From contig ADNK01001668.1 of NCBI GenBank assembly GCA_000320545.1, positions 62,001-126,000 of the forward strand: a DNA stretch of 64,000 nt, given 5' to 3'. Position numbers and translations under genes: made by a program. Positions within the stretch are counted from its first letter, which is position 1; every line of letters begins with the position of its first letter. Source of the stretch: Bigelowiella natans CCMP2755. Lineage: Eukaryota > Protista > Cercozoa. Positions 17,860 through 30,565 of the stretch are shown here, in pieces. The notes under the pieces were generated by a model. It had not been told where the DNA came from, did no database searches, and was given only the letters and a program-made list of their open reading frames with translations.

Positions 17860-19121
17860 TTTTATTGTAGTACCATATACTTCCAAATAGAAGCAATCCT
17901 TCGTCAGGCCTGTTGGTAGTGGTGGCGGCGAAGACTCGAGATCGTTTGATATAATGTGATTTGCTGGTTATTTCGTTGGTGACGGGTTGCATTATTCGTC
18001 TTCTATGTCTTTCACCACTCTGATCTCCATACGATAGTGCTGCTGATGCTGACGATGGTGCATGCTCAATGCTACCATCTCTCGGTATTCCTGGCTCACG
18101 TGAAGCTTTACAACCATCTTCATCAAGATGAAATAATGAACAATCACCCTTTCTACTGGCACTACTACTAGTGCTGCTGCTACCGCGTCCCCCCCCCTCC
18201 CTATCCCCTTTCATCTTTGATTTGGCAGCTAGAATCCTAGCTTCCATACGGATCAACTTTCGACGCATCCTGAGGAAGGAGAGAAGGAGAAAATGTTCAT
18301 CATCATCATCATCATCATTGCCAGCAGTTCACAAACCGATGAATTTTCTGAGCGTTGTCGATGTAAGAAAACTTAATCATAGTGCAATATAAAAGATGTT
18401 GTTTATTCGGTGGCAATTACGAGTCTGCTTCGCGTCTAGCCTTGGCCTCTCGTATCTCCGCTGCTCGTGCCTTAGCCCTGGCACTGCTCACTTGTCCGAA
18501 CAGATCCCGGATGATTATCAGTGATTTCTTTTTCTTAACCCCCTTTCCGTTAGATACTTCTGGTTTAGATGATGATGATAGCAAAGAGCATTGGTCATGA
18601 TTTTTCGTAGCCCCCCCCCAGTTGAATCCATTCACAGCGCCTGCAACTAAGGATTCCAGAAGCATCGGCCGCTTTTTCGTCCTTCGCCTCTTCCCTACCA
18701 TCACATGCGGGGTAAGGCTTTTCTTATTATGGCTTGATTGGGTATGATCGCGATTGAATTGTTGCGAAGATGCAACACGAGGGAGCACTCTGAGTCCATT
18801 TTGCGAGGAAGGTCTGCTGCTGTTTCCATTTGTCCGATCACGCCTTCTTCTTCTTCTTCTTCCGTAGGGAAGGGGAGAGACTGATCGTCCATGGCTCGTG
18901 GAAGTAATCACACTAGCTTTACCACCAGTACCGTCAAGGTATTTTGCATACCCACCCCTTTCCACGTGGAGGAAATCTCCGTAACTTCTACAACTTACCA
19001 TTCGTCCATTCCCTGCTCGCAACCTCTCGGCTGCATTCTTCCATTTATGATCTACGAATATTCGCATTGCGCGACGTTTCTTCGTATCTCGATTGGCATC
19101 ACAAAGTCGCCGTGGGCTCAT
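17860..19121 (-). CDS. Hypothetical basic, disordered protein (two or more exons)
   Basis: Same-strand ORFs 18417-19121 (234 aa) and 17831-18268 (145 aa) sharing the EAR..A.KA/AAKSK motif; no family recognised. Confidence 0.45.
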
Positions 19122-19809
19122 TGCAGGAGGTGTAAGGGCAGGCTATTGTTATGAAAAAACTAGTGTTATCCATGATACCTCAAAAAATGAACATTTGCAC
19201 CTGCATCGGTCGCAGCTCAGGACTGCTTTCAGCATCAAATGCATCAAATGCAGCCATTTCGCCTCCTTCCTCCTCCTCCTCCTCCTCCTCCTTCTCAAGT
19301 CTTAATGGTCGGTATCCTGCTCATGATGAATATTGTTACACACCCTTATGCTGGGACAGCAAAGCAAGAGAAACAGTATGATGATGAAGGTTCACAATCC
19401 CCTCCCTCCCTCAATTTCATCCAGGGCTCAAATGTCTCAAGACTAGTTTTCCTTCAAACTAAGAAATGATTGTGCGAAACCATGTAGTTGTGAATGGGGT
19501 GCCAATGTGGTAGAAGGAAAGGATCGAAGGGGGGGGGAGACCTGTACACAAGCATAGCTATGATTCTCAGACTTAAATGCATTCTTTTGGTCCTAGAGTT
19601 TGAATGGGGTATTTATCCAGACGACATAGGTTTTAAGCTTAAACTTTGCCTTTATCTCCATGGTGTCCATCGTGCAGAACATGCAGATACCTCTGCGTTG
19701 TCGCTCATCATTTATTAGCTGCATTTCCACAATTCGGGAATATTTTCCGACTTCTCGCTCGGAATGGACGAGAGAAGTGTCTGACGACATCATTTCTTTC
19801 TCGTACCGA

Positions 19810-20600
19810 ATGTTTATCCTTCCGACGTCTTCATTCGTCACGCTGCCACGTCGTCAAGCTTGCACCTTCGTTGGAATGTCACACAACAGGATGCAAAGTG
19901 CACACACACACACACACACAACATGTTTTCGATGTGCACAAGTGTCTATTGTCAAAGTCTGTTGATGAGGCAAGCTGCATGGTGTGACAGATGTGAACAA
20001 GGATTTGGAAATTCCGTCTTGGCAGCGGTCGATCCCTTTTGGCGGCTGAAAGAGCACTCAATGATGTGCATCTTCTCATCAAGTGAACGTTGCCCTGCGG
20101 CACGTGTGTCCAAGGTAGGATTGCTCCGGTTGACAAGTTCATCGCTGAAATCATTTTTGGGGGGGCAGCAATTCCCTTCCAGAGCTAGAGAGCGCATCGC
20201 AAACGCGTGCACGCGTGCTAGCGTGCACACACACACTCACGGTTTGCGCAAAATCCCTCTGAAGCATTGAAATTTTGGGGACTGAATGAGCACTCCCAAG
20301 ACTAGGTTGGAAAATTTCGCCCATCCATTGATTCATCGGGATCAAATGAAAACTGCCTTCCCATGTTTCATCACTTTGAGCTTGCACGCGCGAAGCCTGA
20401 CTTGGTCAATGTGACCATTTTTGCTCACGCTAGCTGTGCGATGTGCTTGACGAAAAAACGAACTAAGTTGCAATTTTTGCAGAGCTCTTCCCAAATAAAT
20501 TGAACATGATCCATGGGGCACAACAGCGCGTTGCTTTTCATTTTCGATTCTAGTTTTTCGTTCGCCATGGCCGCCTGTCTTGTGCTAAGAACTCGTCACA
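19810..20600. other. TpA-depleted (hypermutated) island over an unidentified degenerate coding fragment
   Basis: Few TpA, many of them in CTAG; stacked open frames on both strands; alternating purine-pyrimidine run CGCGTGCACGCGTGCTAGCGTGCACAC at ~20204-20230. Confidence 0.75.
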
Positions 20601-20989
20601 TGCATGCTACATGTAAATTGTGCAGGCTCACTATGTAAAAAAAAAATCGATGATGCTTGCTGCCTATGCACTCGCATCAACATAAAAGTTGAAATGATGC
20701 TCGCTAAATTACTAATGGTGCCATTCTGGAAATTTGCAAGCACTGGTGCAGCACGTACCATTGTATGCCCTTGTATCCGGTACAGGAACGACAACGACAT
20801 GGTGTACTAATGAACTTTATTTTTCATCCATGTACAGCTTTCAACGCCTACTTACTCAAAGTTGTACTAAATCTATAGTTGGTGGAAAAAAGGCGACTAC
20901 TATTTACGTGGTTAATATATTGCTACTGTGATCTAGGTGTTGCACCGCGTAGATCAAATTAATTCAGAAGCTATATAAACAATGAGATG

Positions 20990-22163
20990 CTATTGTTGTA
21001 ACGGTCTTCCATTCTCCAGGCCAGAAGAACGATTTACTCTTTCAATGCGTTTTGGTCCAGTAGGTATAAATTTCCCGTCACTAATTTCTGCCCTGGATAT
21101 TCCCTCCTCCGTTACTGTCATCAAAGGTAATTTATCCTGATTGCGAAGGTCCTGATAAGCTGCTGCCTCCCTTTCTCTAATAGCTTCTCGCGGCGTCTGT
21201 TCATACTTTTTCAGGCACGTATCTTGGATGATAAGTTGAATTATATTGAGGAAGACTGGTGTGCCCACCATAGACAGCAGAAGAAACTCAACCCCATGGC
21301 CCTTAAATAAAGAGCTAGTCCACTTCACGAAGGGATATATGGTGTTGTGTGCTCCATAGACAACAGCTCCGCACACAATCCTTGCCAATATATTTATGAT
21401 GATCCACGAAGTCAGTTGTATTCCCCACCACTTGATGTTGATATTATCCGGCTGTCCATAGTCTCCACTAACAGCTAATGGCTGGTATCCGATCTGATGT
21501 GTGATTTTTCGACAGTAAGGAACGCAAGTTTCTTAGACAATTGGTTTCAAAAGTCGTAAATGGTAGCTTCTTGATTTCTCCCTTGACTTTTTCTTCTCCT
21601 TCTACTTATCCCTCCCTCCGCTTCCTTCTTTTCTAACCTTTTTTGCAGCGGGCTCAAGACCGTACTTTAATATTATGAGTGAAAGTGTTGTGCCCAGTAA
21701 CGCATCGATGGTAAAGGATATCATGTACCTAATGCCCAGGTTAGGAAACGGTAGGCATTTTAATTTTCAATACAATCTGTTTCTGTTCTACTCAAATCGA
21801 GATATTAAAATATTTTTTCCTTATTTCGTAGACAGGTTGTGGATTATGGAATGGAGTTCTCACCATCCACACTCTTCATCGCCTTCACCCCCCTCAGAAC
21901 GAGCTATCACAGCAATTACTACGTTGCATAGATGCTGAAATCCCGCAGATATGCACTAAAACACAGCGAGATGAGAGATCGACGTCGACATAAAATTCCT
22001 AATGTGAGACCTGTTTAAGAGCATCAAAGATCCACACTTTCATGAGCCTCCTAGGTCTCTCACATCTCCATTTTACTATCAAGAGGGAGAAGACTGCAGC
22101 CCCCAGAAAGGCCTGCACCAAAATTGCCACCGGATTGGTGAAGAGGTTGCAGACCGAGGGCAT
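20990..22163 (-). CDS. STIMATE: STIMATE/TMEM110 family membrane protein, multi-exon
   Basis: CNLFTNPVAILVQAFLGAAVFSLLIVKWRCERPRRLMKVWIFDALKQ; exons GDYGQPDNINIKWW, MVGTPVFLNIIQLIIQDTCLK. Confidence 0.85.
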
Positions 22164-22274
22164 GCTTTGGTTTAACCAATACTTCTTGGTCAAAGTCCCG
22201 ATGATGCAGGGGAATTACGGGATGCGACATGGAAATGGAACCTTGAAATATGAATTAGAAGATTCTAAGAGCAT

Positions 22275-22717
22275 CTTGGTCACTTGCTTCAGGGGCCCTC
22301 TTCTTCTGGTGTGCCTTCGACTGAGAAAGATGATGTTTGACAGGGCCTTCCGTGGAACCATTGTCGAGTTCGCTTGCTTCAGAGGCCCTCTTCTTCTGGT
22401 GTGCCTTCGAATGAGAAAGATGTTTGACAGGGCCCTCCGTGGAACCATTCTAGCATTGTCGAGTTCGATGCGTTTGTTTGCGCTGCTGCGCGTCGATCAA
22501 TCCCATGATTCTCTGTCACGTTGATCCCACTTTCCATTGAAGACCCGCTCGAGTGGATCAATGCCACTCTGCTGCATCATCAGGGTGCTGACAAGTCCTC
22601 ACGTCTGCAATGATTTTTGTTGAGGCGCTGCCACGTGTTTGCGCTTGTCTCCCACGTGGTTCGTGCTCATGCAGTTTTTTGCAGCAACGCTTTGTTCAAT
22701 GTTCAACGTTCAATGTT
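22275..22717 (+). mobile_element. 5'-truncated 3' end of a non-LTR retrotransposon (same family as 29560-30565), with internal ~90-bp tandem duplication
   Basis: Aligns by eye to 30150-30565: GGTGT(G/C)CCTTCGACTGA..GACAGGGC..CCGT(G/C)GAACCATTGTC, identical CAGGGTGCTGACAAGTCCT, and a 7-nt tandem tail (xxGTTCA)n. Confidence 0.75.
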
Positions 22718-22719
22718 GC

Positions 22720-23650
22720 TTTGGCACTTTGGATGGCAGTGCAGGCACGCACTGCGTTTCGCACACTGCAAGTGTCGCTGCAACACTTTGGAAGTGTGCC
22801 AGTGTGGTTCATCATCATTGTTTCATTGTTTCATTGTGACATTGTTTCAGTCCATCACCAAGGCTTGTGTTTGACGATGTGCTGACATTGAGGGATGAAG
22901 GGCGCGGCAATCAGCGCGCTCCTCTTTTGCCATTTGAAAACACTTGTGTCGTTGTTCTTCTTTCTTTCCTTCTGCACTTCCTTCTCGTGTCCCTCTGCTA
23001 GCTCTGGCCCATCGGGTGCACGTTGCATGCTGCTTGGGGAGGACGAATTGCGACTTCGAATTCAACTGACACAGACACCGACTCAACAAATGGACACAAT
23101 GGACTCAATGATGCGATGTGAGTCACACATTGTGTGTGCGCGTACGTGATGCTAGGCGCATGTCTTGGATGTAGTGGCCGTGGAAACACTCCACTCTCGA
23201 AATCACGAGAACTGGAGAAAGCGAGGTCTAGCTAGAGGTGCATGTGTGATTGTGTGTGCTAGTGTGTTTGTGCGCATATCACACGCGAGAGCAGCACGTC
23301 TAAAGGTTTACGCACAGCTCGCTGTCCTGCGACACTTTTGTACTTTGCAAAGTGTGACCGCCGGACACGATTCACGTTGCGTGCGCAACGTCGTGTGCGC
23401 GTGGAATGTGCACATTGCATGCAACATTTCTAGATGTGACCGTCCGTGCGTGCGCAATGATTGCGTGCTCTAGCGCCAGACCAAACATTGTCGCTGTGTG
23501 CGCGAACGCGCGATGTTTAGTCTTGCGCATGATGATCTACATCGCCGCTGCACAACAATTTCTAAATGTGTCGCGTTCTTCACAGCAATCATCACTGACA
23601 TCATTGGGGGACAACAATAACCTCAAGATGTCTGTCTTGTCTTCATTCTA
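22720..23650. other. TpA-depleted island continuing from the LINE fragment
   Basis: TpA rare and largely in CTAG; long TG/CA/CG alternating runs (23380-23470); abrupt return to TpA-rich sequence after ~23650. Confidence 0.75.
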
Positions 23651-23693
23651 GTTCTTAAAAATATTTTTTTATAGTAGTACTTAAATCATTTCA

Positions 23694-24685
23694 TTATGTC
23701 CTATTTTTGAGTCTTTCTCTTTTTGCCCTCCGTCGTCTCCTACTAGAACTAGTTGCTTCAGATTTATTTTCCAGATCGCCTGTACCCGCCTGATCACTAC
23801 GTTGCTGGTGCTGGCCGCTTTTCCCTATGGAAAAAATTTTTCCGGGAGGATCTCGGAAGGGCGTGAGCAGCCTTCTCATACGTTTATACGTATGAGATGC
23901 TTCAGGGGCCATCCGTACTGTTAATGAATATTCGCAATTTTTTGGTAAGAACACTCCTTGAGGACGTGGAAAAGATAGACTGGAATTGACTTTCAGATCG
24001 ATCGGCGTCCACTCTGAATTGATCCCTGAAAAAACAATATACAATCAAATTGTAAGGATTCCAGATCAGGCAAACCTAATCTCCGCGTTGTTGTATATTG
24101 GGATTGATTATTCGCTGATCATAGAAAATTCGTTTTGCTTTTTAATGAGCTCTGCGTAGTGTTACCGGTAATATGCCCAACGCTAATGTCTCGATTGGCC
24201 GACAACGCTGTGGCATATACAATACAAAAGACACAAGAATGTGTTTGATATTGCGAAGATAAGGTTTTGAACAGCAACAATGTATGAAGACCTGCTAAAC
24301 GCAGCAGCTGCCAGATCTGTACTTGTGTGTTGTTAAGACTTATTACAATGCTAATATATGCAAAGCGAAGTACACAAGAGAAGATAAGAGCAAACAATCT
24401 CATGAGAAGACACATGAGAAATTAGGGAGTGGTGCTGAAATCCATTCCATAAATTAGCTCTTCCGAACGGGAGATATCAGTAATCGTCTAGACATTATCA
24501 TTACCCATTCGATGTCGTAACTTTCTTACCTTGTCGTAGGATACTTGTTCATGATTCTCTCAAGCATGCGGAGCCTAAGTGCTGCGCCTTCCCACTTTCT
24601 CGAAAGCTCAATCTGAAGAATACGACAGGAGAAATCGAGCGATGTCCATATAAATACATAATGATACACACAAATACATAAATAT

Positions 24686-24736
<51 letters not shown>

Positions 24737-24739
24737 CTT

Positions 24740-24778
<39 letters not shown>

Positions 24779-25194
24779 CCAGTTATTTTTATACAAGTAT
24801 GTGTACTGAGAATTATATATGTGTCAGCGCAGGACTGCCTTATGAATTCCGATCGAAGCTGAAAAGTTATCGTTTGAGAAAAGAGTAGCATAAACCATTC
24901 CAACTCCTAGATCAACAGCCTAGGTAGTTCAAACACGGCCTATGAGATCACTATTCTTACCAAAAACAAAATATTACTACTTTGTACTTGACTTCTCCAT
25001 CCTCTGTATCATTTTTCAGAACGATATCGGCCTAATAAGATTTTTAAAAAGTCACTAGAAGGCGATATCATTGGATAAACTTCATTCTTACCACTACTCG
25101 ATGATATACGAGATCTGACCCTGGAATTAATGGGTCGAAAGCGTCCTAATATGTCGGGTAGGGAAAAAAAAAAGAGAGGAGAGACAAATTAAGA

Positions 25195-25240
<46 letters not shown>

Positions 25241-26361
25241 AAGGAGAGAGAGAGAGAAGTAAGAATTTTTTCAACAGCTAACAACTCACACACACATCAA
25301 AATGTCCACTATGTACTCACTGTCGGCTTTCGTTTCCGACGGTTTGTCACTTTGACTTTGCCTATTGCCTCGTCTTTGTGCACTATCTTCACAAGTCCAG
25401 AAATTTCTTTTTCCTAAATGTAAGTATCTTTAACGTTACACTTGACAAATCATAAAATAATAAGAGAGAATGGAGAAGAGACAAGATCAACGATTTTCTG
25501 GGAAGAAGAATTTAATTAATGACAATCATCATGGGATTGACCGGTTGCTTGCAGGTTCCAGTAACTATCTGAACCCGAGCACACACACGTTCGTCGCCAT
25601 CTCTTAAACGTGTAGGTAGAGGATAAACCTCAACGTCTTCATAGCCAGAATCATGGATGACTTGGAGCTGTCTTCTTCTCCATTGTCTTCCTGGACAACC
25701 ACATTACATTCGATGTAAATTACTTGCTTCACAGAAATTATCGACTACGTAGGCTCGACCAGCAGATATAATTTGGCCTCCGTTAGCCTTTCGTTTCAAG
25801 CCCCCTCCAGAAAGACCCAGCGCTCCCCAACGAAAAAATCCTATTGAGAAAGGTTTTGTAAATATGTGTGCATGGCGCTCTTGGTGTGAATCATGTTATT
25901 GCCGCGCTTATTTCTTGGTCTCCATTGCTATTCAGCTGAATAGTAACTGCGATTAAAGCGATGGTCACTATGGCAATTTTCTGTTCCCCTTGAGCTGGAT
26001 GCCCATTGTGTTTGTGGCGCTGACACACAACTCACAACCGAGCTGGAAGACCAGAAAGAGACCATTCGAGTTGATAACAAGACTGGAGAGATAACTCCAA
26101 TTTTTGGTTGTCGCAGGATGAAAATCAAATGTATTTGCAGGGAATTATCGAGGCATCGTTCGCTGGGTTGCCAGCGCAGATCCTCCCACAAGAAATTAAT
26201 TCTTCTAACTCGGAAGCCAGCCGACAGAAAGAAAGAGATCTGATTAGCTCAGGCCGAAGCGAAGAATGTAGCGGCAAGTCAGCAGGGCCGAACGAAGCGA
26301 ACAGCAGCTCATAATTCAACAGAAAAACTAGAAAGAAAACGGAAAAGAAACAGATCAGCAA
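23694..26361 (-). CDS. Hypothetical multi-exon protein with hydrophobic N-terminus
   Basis: Terminal exon GINSEWTPIDLKVNSS..(23694-24030), exon RILQIELSRKWEGAALRLRMLERIMNKYPTTR bounded by AG/GT, leader FFSVFFLVFLL near 26350; family not recognised. Confidence 0.4.
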
Positions 26362-26549
26362 CGACTTGTCTTTCTAGCCTTGCTGGGAAGGAGCTACAAA
26401 ATGACCGTACTTGGTGACTGCGGTGTTGAGAAGGAGAGTGAATTATGGGTCGCTTGTTTCACGACTGCGCAGAGGAATTTGGAATTCTAGAATTATTCAT
26501 GAATGAATTTATTTTCAATCGATGGGGAACTGCTGAAAAAAAAACTTTC

Positions 26550-27100
26550 CAGCATTGATCTGCCATGCCAGCATGCACCAGACTAGCAGATGATGTGGCT
26601 GACTTCACAAGATCTAGAGATGTTTGCCAATGTGAAACCGGTCACACGTGAAACAATGATAAGTACAATTCAGTCGTGCATACTAGTACACTGTGGGCTT
26701 GTGGGCTCATCATGAAACAAAGGTCATGTTGTTGCTCTGATGCACGTTCTTGTCGTGCGCGTGCGACTTCTAAATGTGCCGCATCGAGGAAACCCGAATG
26801 CAATCGTTGCGCCTTGCAAACAGATGATAAACACTATGGCGGCACGCGTTAAGGTCACATGCAGCGCGATGCACATGCCGAAACAAGCTTGTTAGATGCA
26901 TGTGTGTATAGACATTGATTTGATCGTGTGAACATACGCGCACATCTAGGCATGTGCGAAGTACACAACAGCTGATATTCGTGATGCTTCGGACGACATA
27001 ATATAACATCTTCCAGGTGTCTTATGCTCAATGAGTCTGCTGCTTCTCGCGATATATCTAGATATTGTTGTCACGTGCCTGCCTGATGTTAGAACTGCAG
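26550..27100. other. Partially TpA-depleted intergenic island
   Basis: CA/TG-rich alternating sequence with retained CTAG; weaker than the other islands. Confidence 0.55.
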
Positions 27101-27125
27101 ATGTGAGAATCGGCATTTAATGTAC

Positions 27126-29270
27126 CTAGATTTTGGATTGCATAGATTCTTCTTTTAACTCGGCAGCAGCAGCTTTATCGACATACCAAAACACCTATGT
27201 ATTACATTTCGGGGTCGATAGTAATATAGTATGTTTGATCAGTATTTCTCTACAACAAATTGGATAGAACAAAATAACAAAGATGACTGATAACTTTTAG
27301 GACAGCAAACTATCGACCCTCTATCTCCCTTACCCCAGCTCGACTCTCTGTTGTGTCTAACCCGTTTGTTCTTGATTCTTCCGGACGGTAGCTGGTCATC
27401 TGGAGTCTCGGATCCTTCAATTACCGTCTTCAGAGCACCACTCTTTCCCCCACCACAGCACACGAATGCAACGGCCTTTGAAGATAATGAGCGTAAGGGG
27501 GGGGGGGAGACAAATAGACATCCAGTAACGAAGAATGGATGTGGTAGGTCAATTCTGACATCTAGGGATGATGTTGTAATGCAAGATGAGGAGGAAGAAG
27601 AGAAAGATGAGTATGAAGGTATTTTTTAGCAATGGCAAAACAGATAGAAAATTCAAGGGATACGGTACGATGAGATAAATGCAGTATGGAACCAGAAAGC
27701 AATCATTTTAGTATAGCAAATAGTAGCACACTTGCTACCTTTGCAGCATCTAAGACTGGATATGTGAACGTAATTCGGTTGGATGGGGGCTTGGGAGAAT
27801 CTGGAGCAATAGCAGTATTGTAGCATAGTAGTCGTAATGAAGACTTATGTCTTATATACTTCGTCTTCCTTATCTATACTATTATTGCTACTTTATTCAT
27901 GATAACGGTTAAGTAGAACCTGTGATAGGTGCGATATTGGCCTTGGTTTCAGCAAGTAGTTTGTGTTTGGGGAATAGCGAGCACGTGTGCCCGTCAGGTC
28001 CCATTCCAAGGAGAATTAGATCAAACACTAGGATATTGTTGTCGCAAGGTATTCGTGTTATTTCCACTTTATGCAATAGCTAAGAACAGCATTGGTGTCG
28101 CCCTCAACCCCCCATTCCCCCCCTCTCTCTTATGCAAGAATATTACGGATCGATGTTCATCATAGCACAACGACCTGGTGTGCTAGATGAGCTGTCCTTG
28201 AAAAATCCAGCCACACTCTCCTCGTACAACTTTGCTGCCTTCTCTGCGTCTTCGTACTGATTCGGATCGATTGTTACCACGTTTTTTTTTGGGATTTTTA
28301 CTGATAACAAGAAAAATAAGGCGAATATGACGAATTATCGCAATGAACACGAATATTTGAATGTTTGTAGGTTTTGGTATGATCCTTCTCCTTACGTGGA
28401 TCCAACACGAATTCACGGACACTTTTATAGTTTGAATCGTCACTAGATAGCTTTACACAGCGCTCGTCAGAAAAAAACACAAACCTGAATATTGAACAAG
28501 GTAAAAACTATGAGCAAGATTCCAGTCTTCTGAACAGAGAAGAACTCTGAATTATCTGTCCCACTTAAAGTGAATGTAACAAATCAGCAATGGCCATCGA
28601 ACTCATGAAAGAAGAAGTCCGTTAGTGGCGTTAATCATTTTTCTTTGTAGTTTAAAATGTTCTTGACTCACCATTTGTCCGTATCCTCAACCTTTTTTTC
28701 GACAAGAGCAGGGCCAACAATCTTAGGCAATGATCCACCTGTGTGGATAGAAAAAAGAGCAAAAGAGGAAGAATAGGAAGAGATGTAAGAAGAGGAAGAA
28801 GCTAAATAAGACTGAAGTTATACAGTTGTTTGTTACACTCTTAATTCGAGTAAGGTATGTAAGGAACATGAGGGTTCTAATCTCACTCATTCACTAACCA
28901 GAGAACGCCACGGTGAACCTTCCTGTCGAAGCGATGGCTTTTTTAGCTCTGTAATAAGAACACAAAAATTAAGAAAGATGGTTTCAAAAGGGATAACAAT
29001 TTTTACTCTTCAATGATGAATTTAGCCGCGATGTCGCCGACAGCCTTCTTGTCATTGCCGACAGAAACCAACGGTTTTGTAGTTGTTCGAGATTCTGTGC
29101 AGCCTAGATGTAAGTCAATTGATGGTGCTATGCAGCTATTCTCCTTGTCCCTCTTCTGCTCCCTCTTCCTCCTCTCCTGCTTCTGTGGATGTTAAAAGCT
29201 CTTTTCTCACTCCATCCTGCTTCCTTCCCTCACCCTCTCAACCACGTTAAACATCACGCTTTCCCTCATG
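27126..29270 (-). CDS. PGLS: 6-phosphogluconolactonase, multi-exon, C-terminal -SKI; first exon uncertain
   Basis: [88 protein letters not shown]. Confidence 0.9.
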
Positions 29271-29559
29271 ACAAATTTAGAGAGCGATTTGCATACTACA
29301 TATGGAGATATGCATATAACCCATTGGTGGAATGTGGCCTGTCTTATGAGTGAGTAAGAGGGACAAGATGAGGGCTAGGGCGAGGAGGAGGAGGTGTGCA
29401 GCAGCTGAACGGAAGCGAATTGTTGTGCAGGGAGGTTCGGGACACTGACTGTTGTGAAAATATCAATGCATGGCGCTTTTGTCATCATTTCGACTGAATT
29501 TACACCCTGCGACATCATAAATAGCCTGCATTTATTAGTTCCATGTGCTTTCACTTTGA

Positions 29560-30565
29560 TGCCTCAAAACCTGAGCTGCAACACGACATCCTGTGCTCCT
29601 CCCAGCCTCCTGGCTTCCAATTCCATGACGGAATGGGCTGCGGCATGGAACTCTCAAGCCTCTTCAATTACCTCTCGCGATGCTCGTTTGGTGCGTGCCC
29701 AGGTGAGCAGAATGCAATCTCTTCGGTGTCTTTTGGAAGTTCGCTCATGGGAGCCGATTTCCAAGTCGCAATCTTGGAGCCATGGGGAAGTGGGCAAACA
29801 GGCCCATCTTCATTGCTCCAAGTACCTCGATGAATGGCACGATGCCCGTGGTGTGTCCCTCAAATTCCAAGCCCGTTGTGGAGCCTTGTGGTGGCGTCAC
29901 AACACTGCCAGATTCTTCGCACTGGAGCAGCATGAGGGCTGGTGCTCCTTGTGCGAATCTCACGAAGACGTGTCCCTGAAACACCTTTTGTTCTCCTGTC
30001 AAGGAACGTGCGACATCAGAGACCGTTTTTGGACCAGGATTCGTCACCTGGTGTCTCGTCATCAACCTGATGCCAATGATGATGTTGTCACGTTGCGTGC
30101 TTTCTCAGCCACGTGCCTTCTCGTGACAAGTTCTGCCTTGCTTTGGGGGCCACATCTGGTGTCCCTTCGACTGACAAAGAAATCGACAGGGCTTTCCGTC
30201 GAACCATTGTCCTGCTTGACAATTTTGCTTCTGTTCGGCATCCAAGATGCCAGCTTTGGTTCCAATCAACTCACATTGCAACGGCACCATCAATCGGCAT
30301 CCATGCCAATTTCATCCCTTGTTCCGTCTCCGGCATTTCAGATGAGTGGCCATGGTGTTCTCATCCCTTCACGCAGCCTTGGAGTGTGCCTCTGATGGGT
30401 TGCAGCTGATTTTTTGTGTCTCTTCACCAACAGGGTGCTGACAAGTCCTTGCAACGAGTGTTGTTGAGGCTCTGCTGCGTGCAAATGCCTGTCTCCCATG
30501 TGGTTCTGGCGCATGTGGTTTTTGATCAACGCTTTGTTCATTGTTCATTGTTCATTGTTCATTGT
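29560..30565 (+). mobile_element. Non-LTR retrotransposon (LINE) 3' fragment: C-terminal zinc knuckle of the RT ORF, 3' UTR and (TTGTTCA)n tail; hypermutated
   Basis: GVSLKFQARCGAL..WCSLCESHEDVSLKHLLFSC..IRDRFW (CCHC motif typical of LINE ORF2 C-termini); tandem 7-mer tail 30533-30565; second copy at 22275-22717. Confidence 0.8.

Noticed and set aside
23620-23655. Helitron 3' end (small hairpin CAAGA..TCTTG then CTAG|T) at the island edge
   Set aside because: Stem is only 5 bp and AT-rich, CTAG is common in these islands, and no 5' end or RepHel ORF was found
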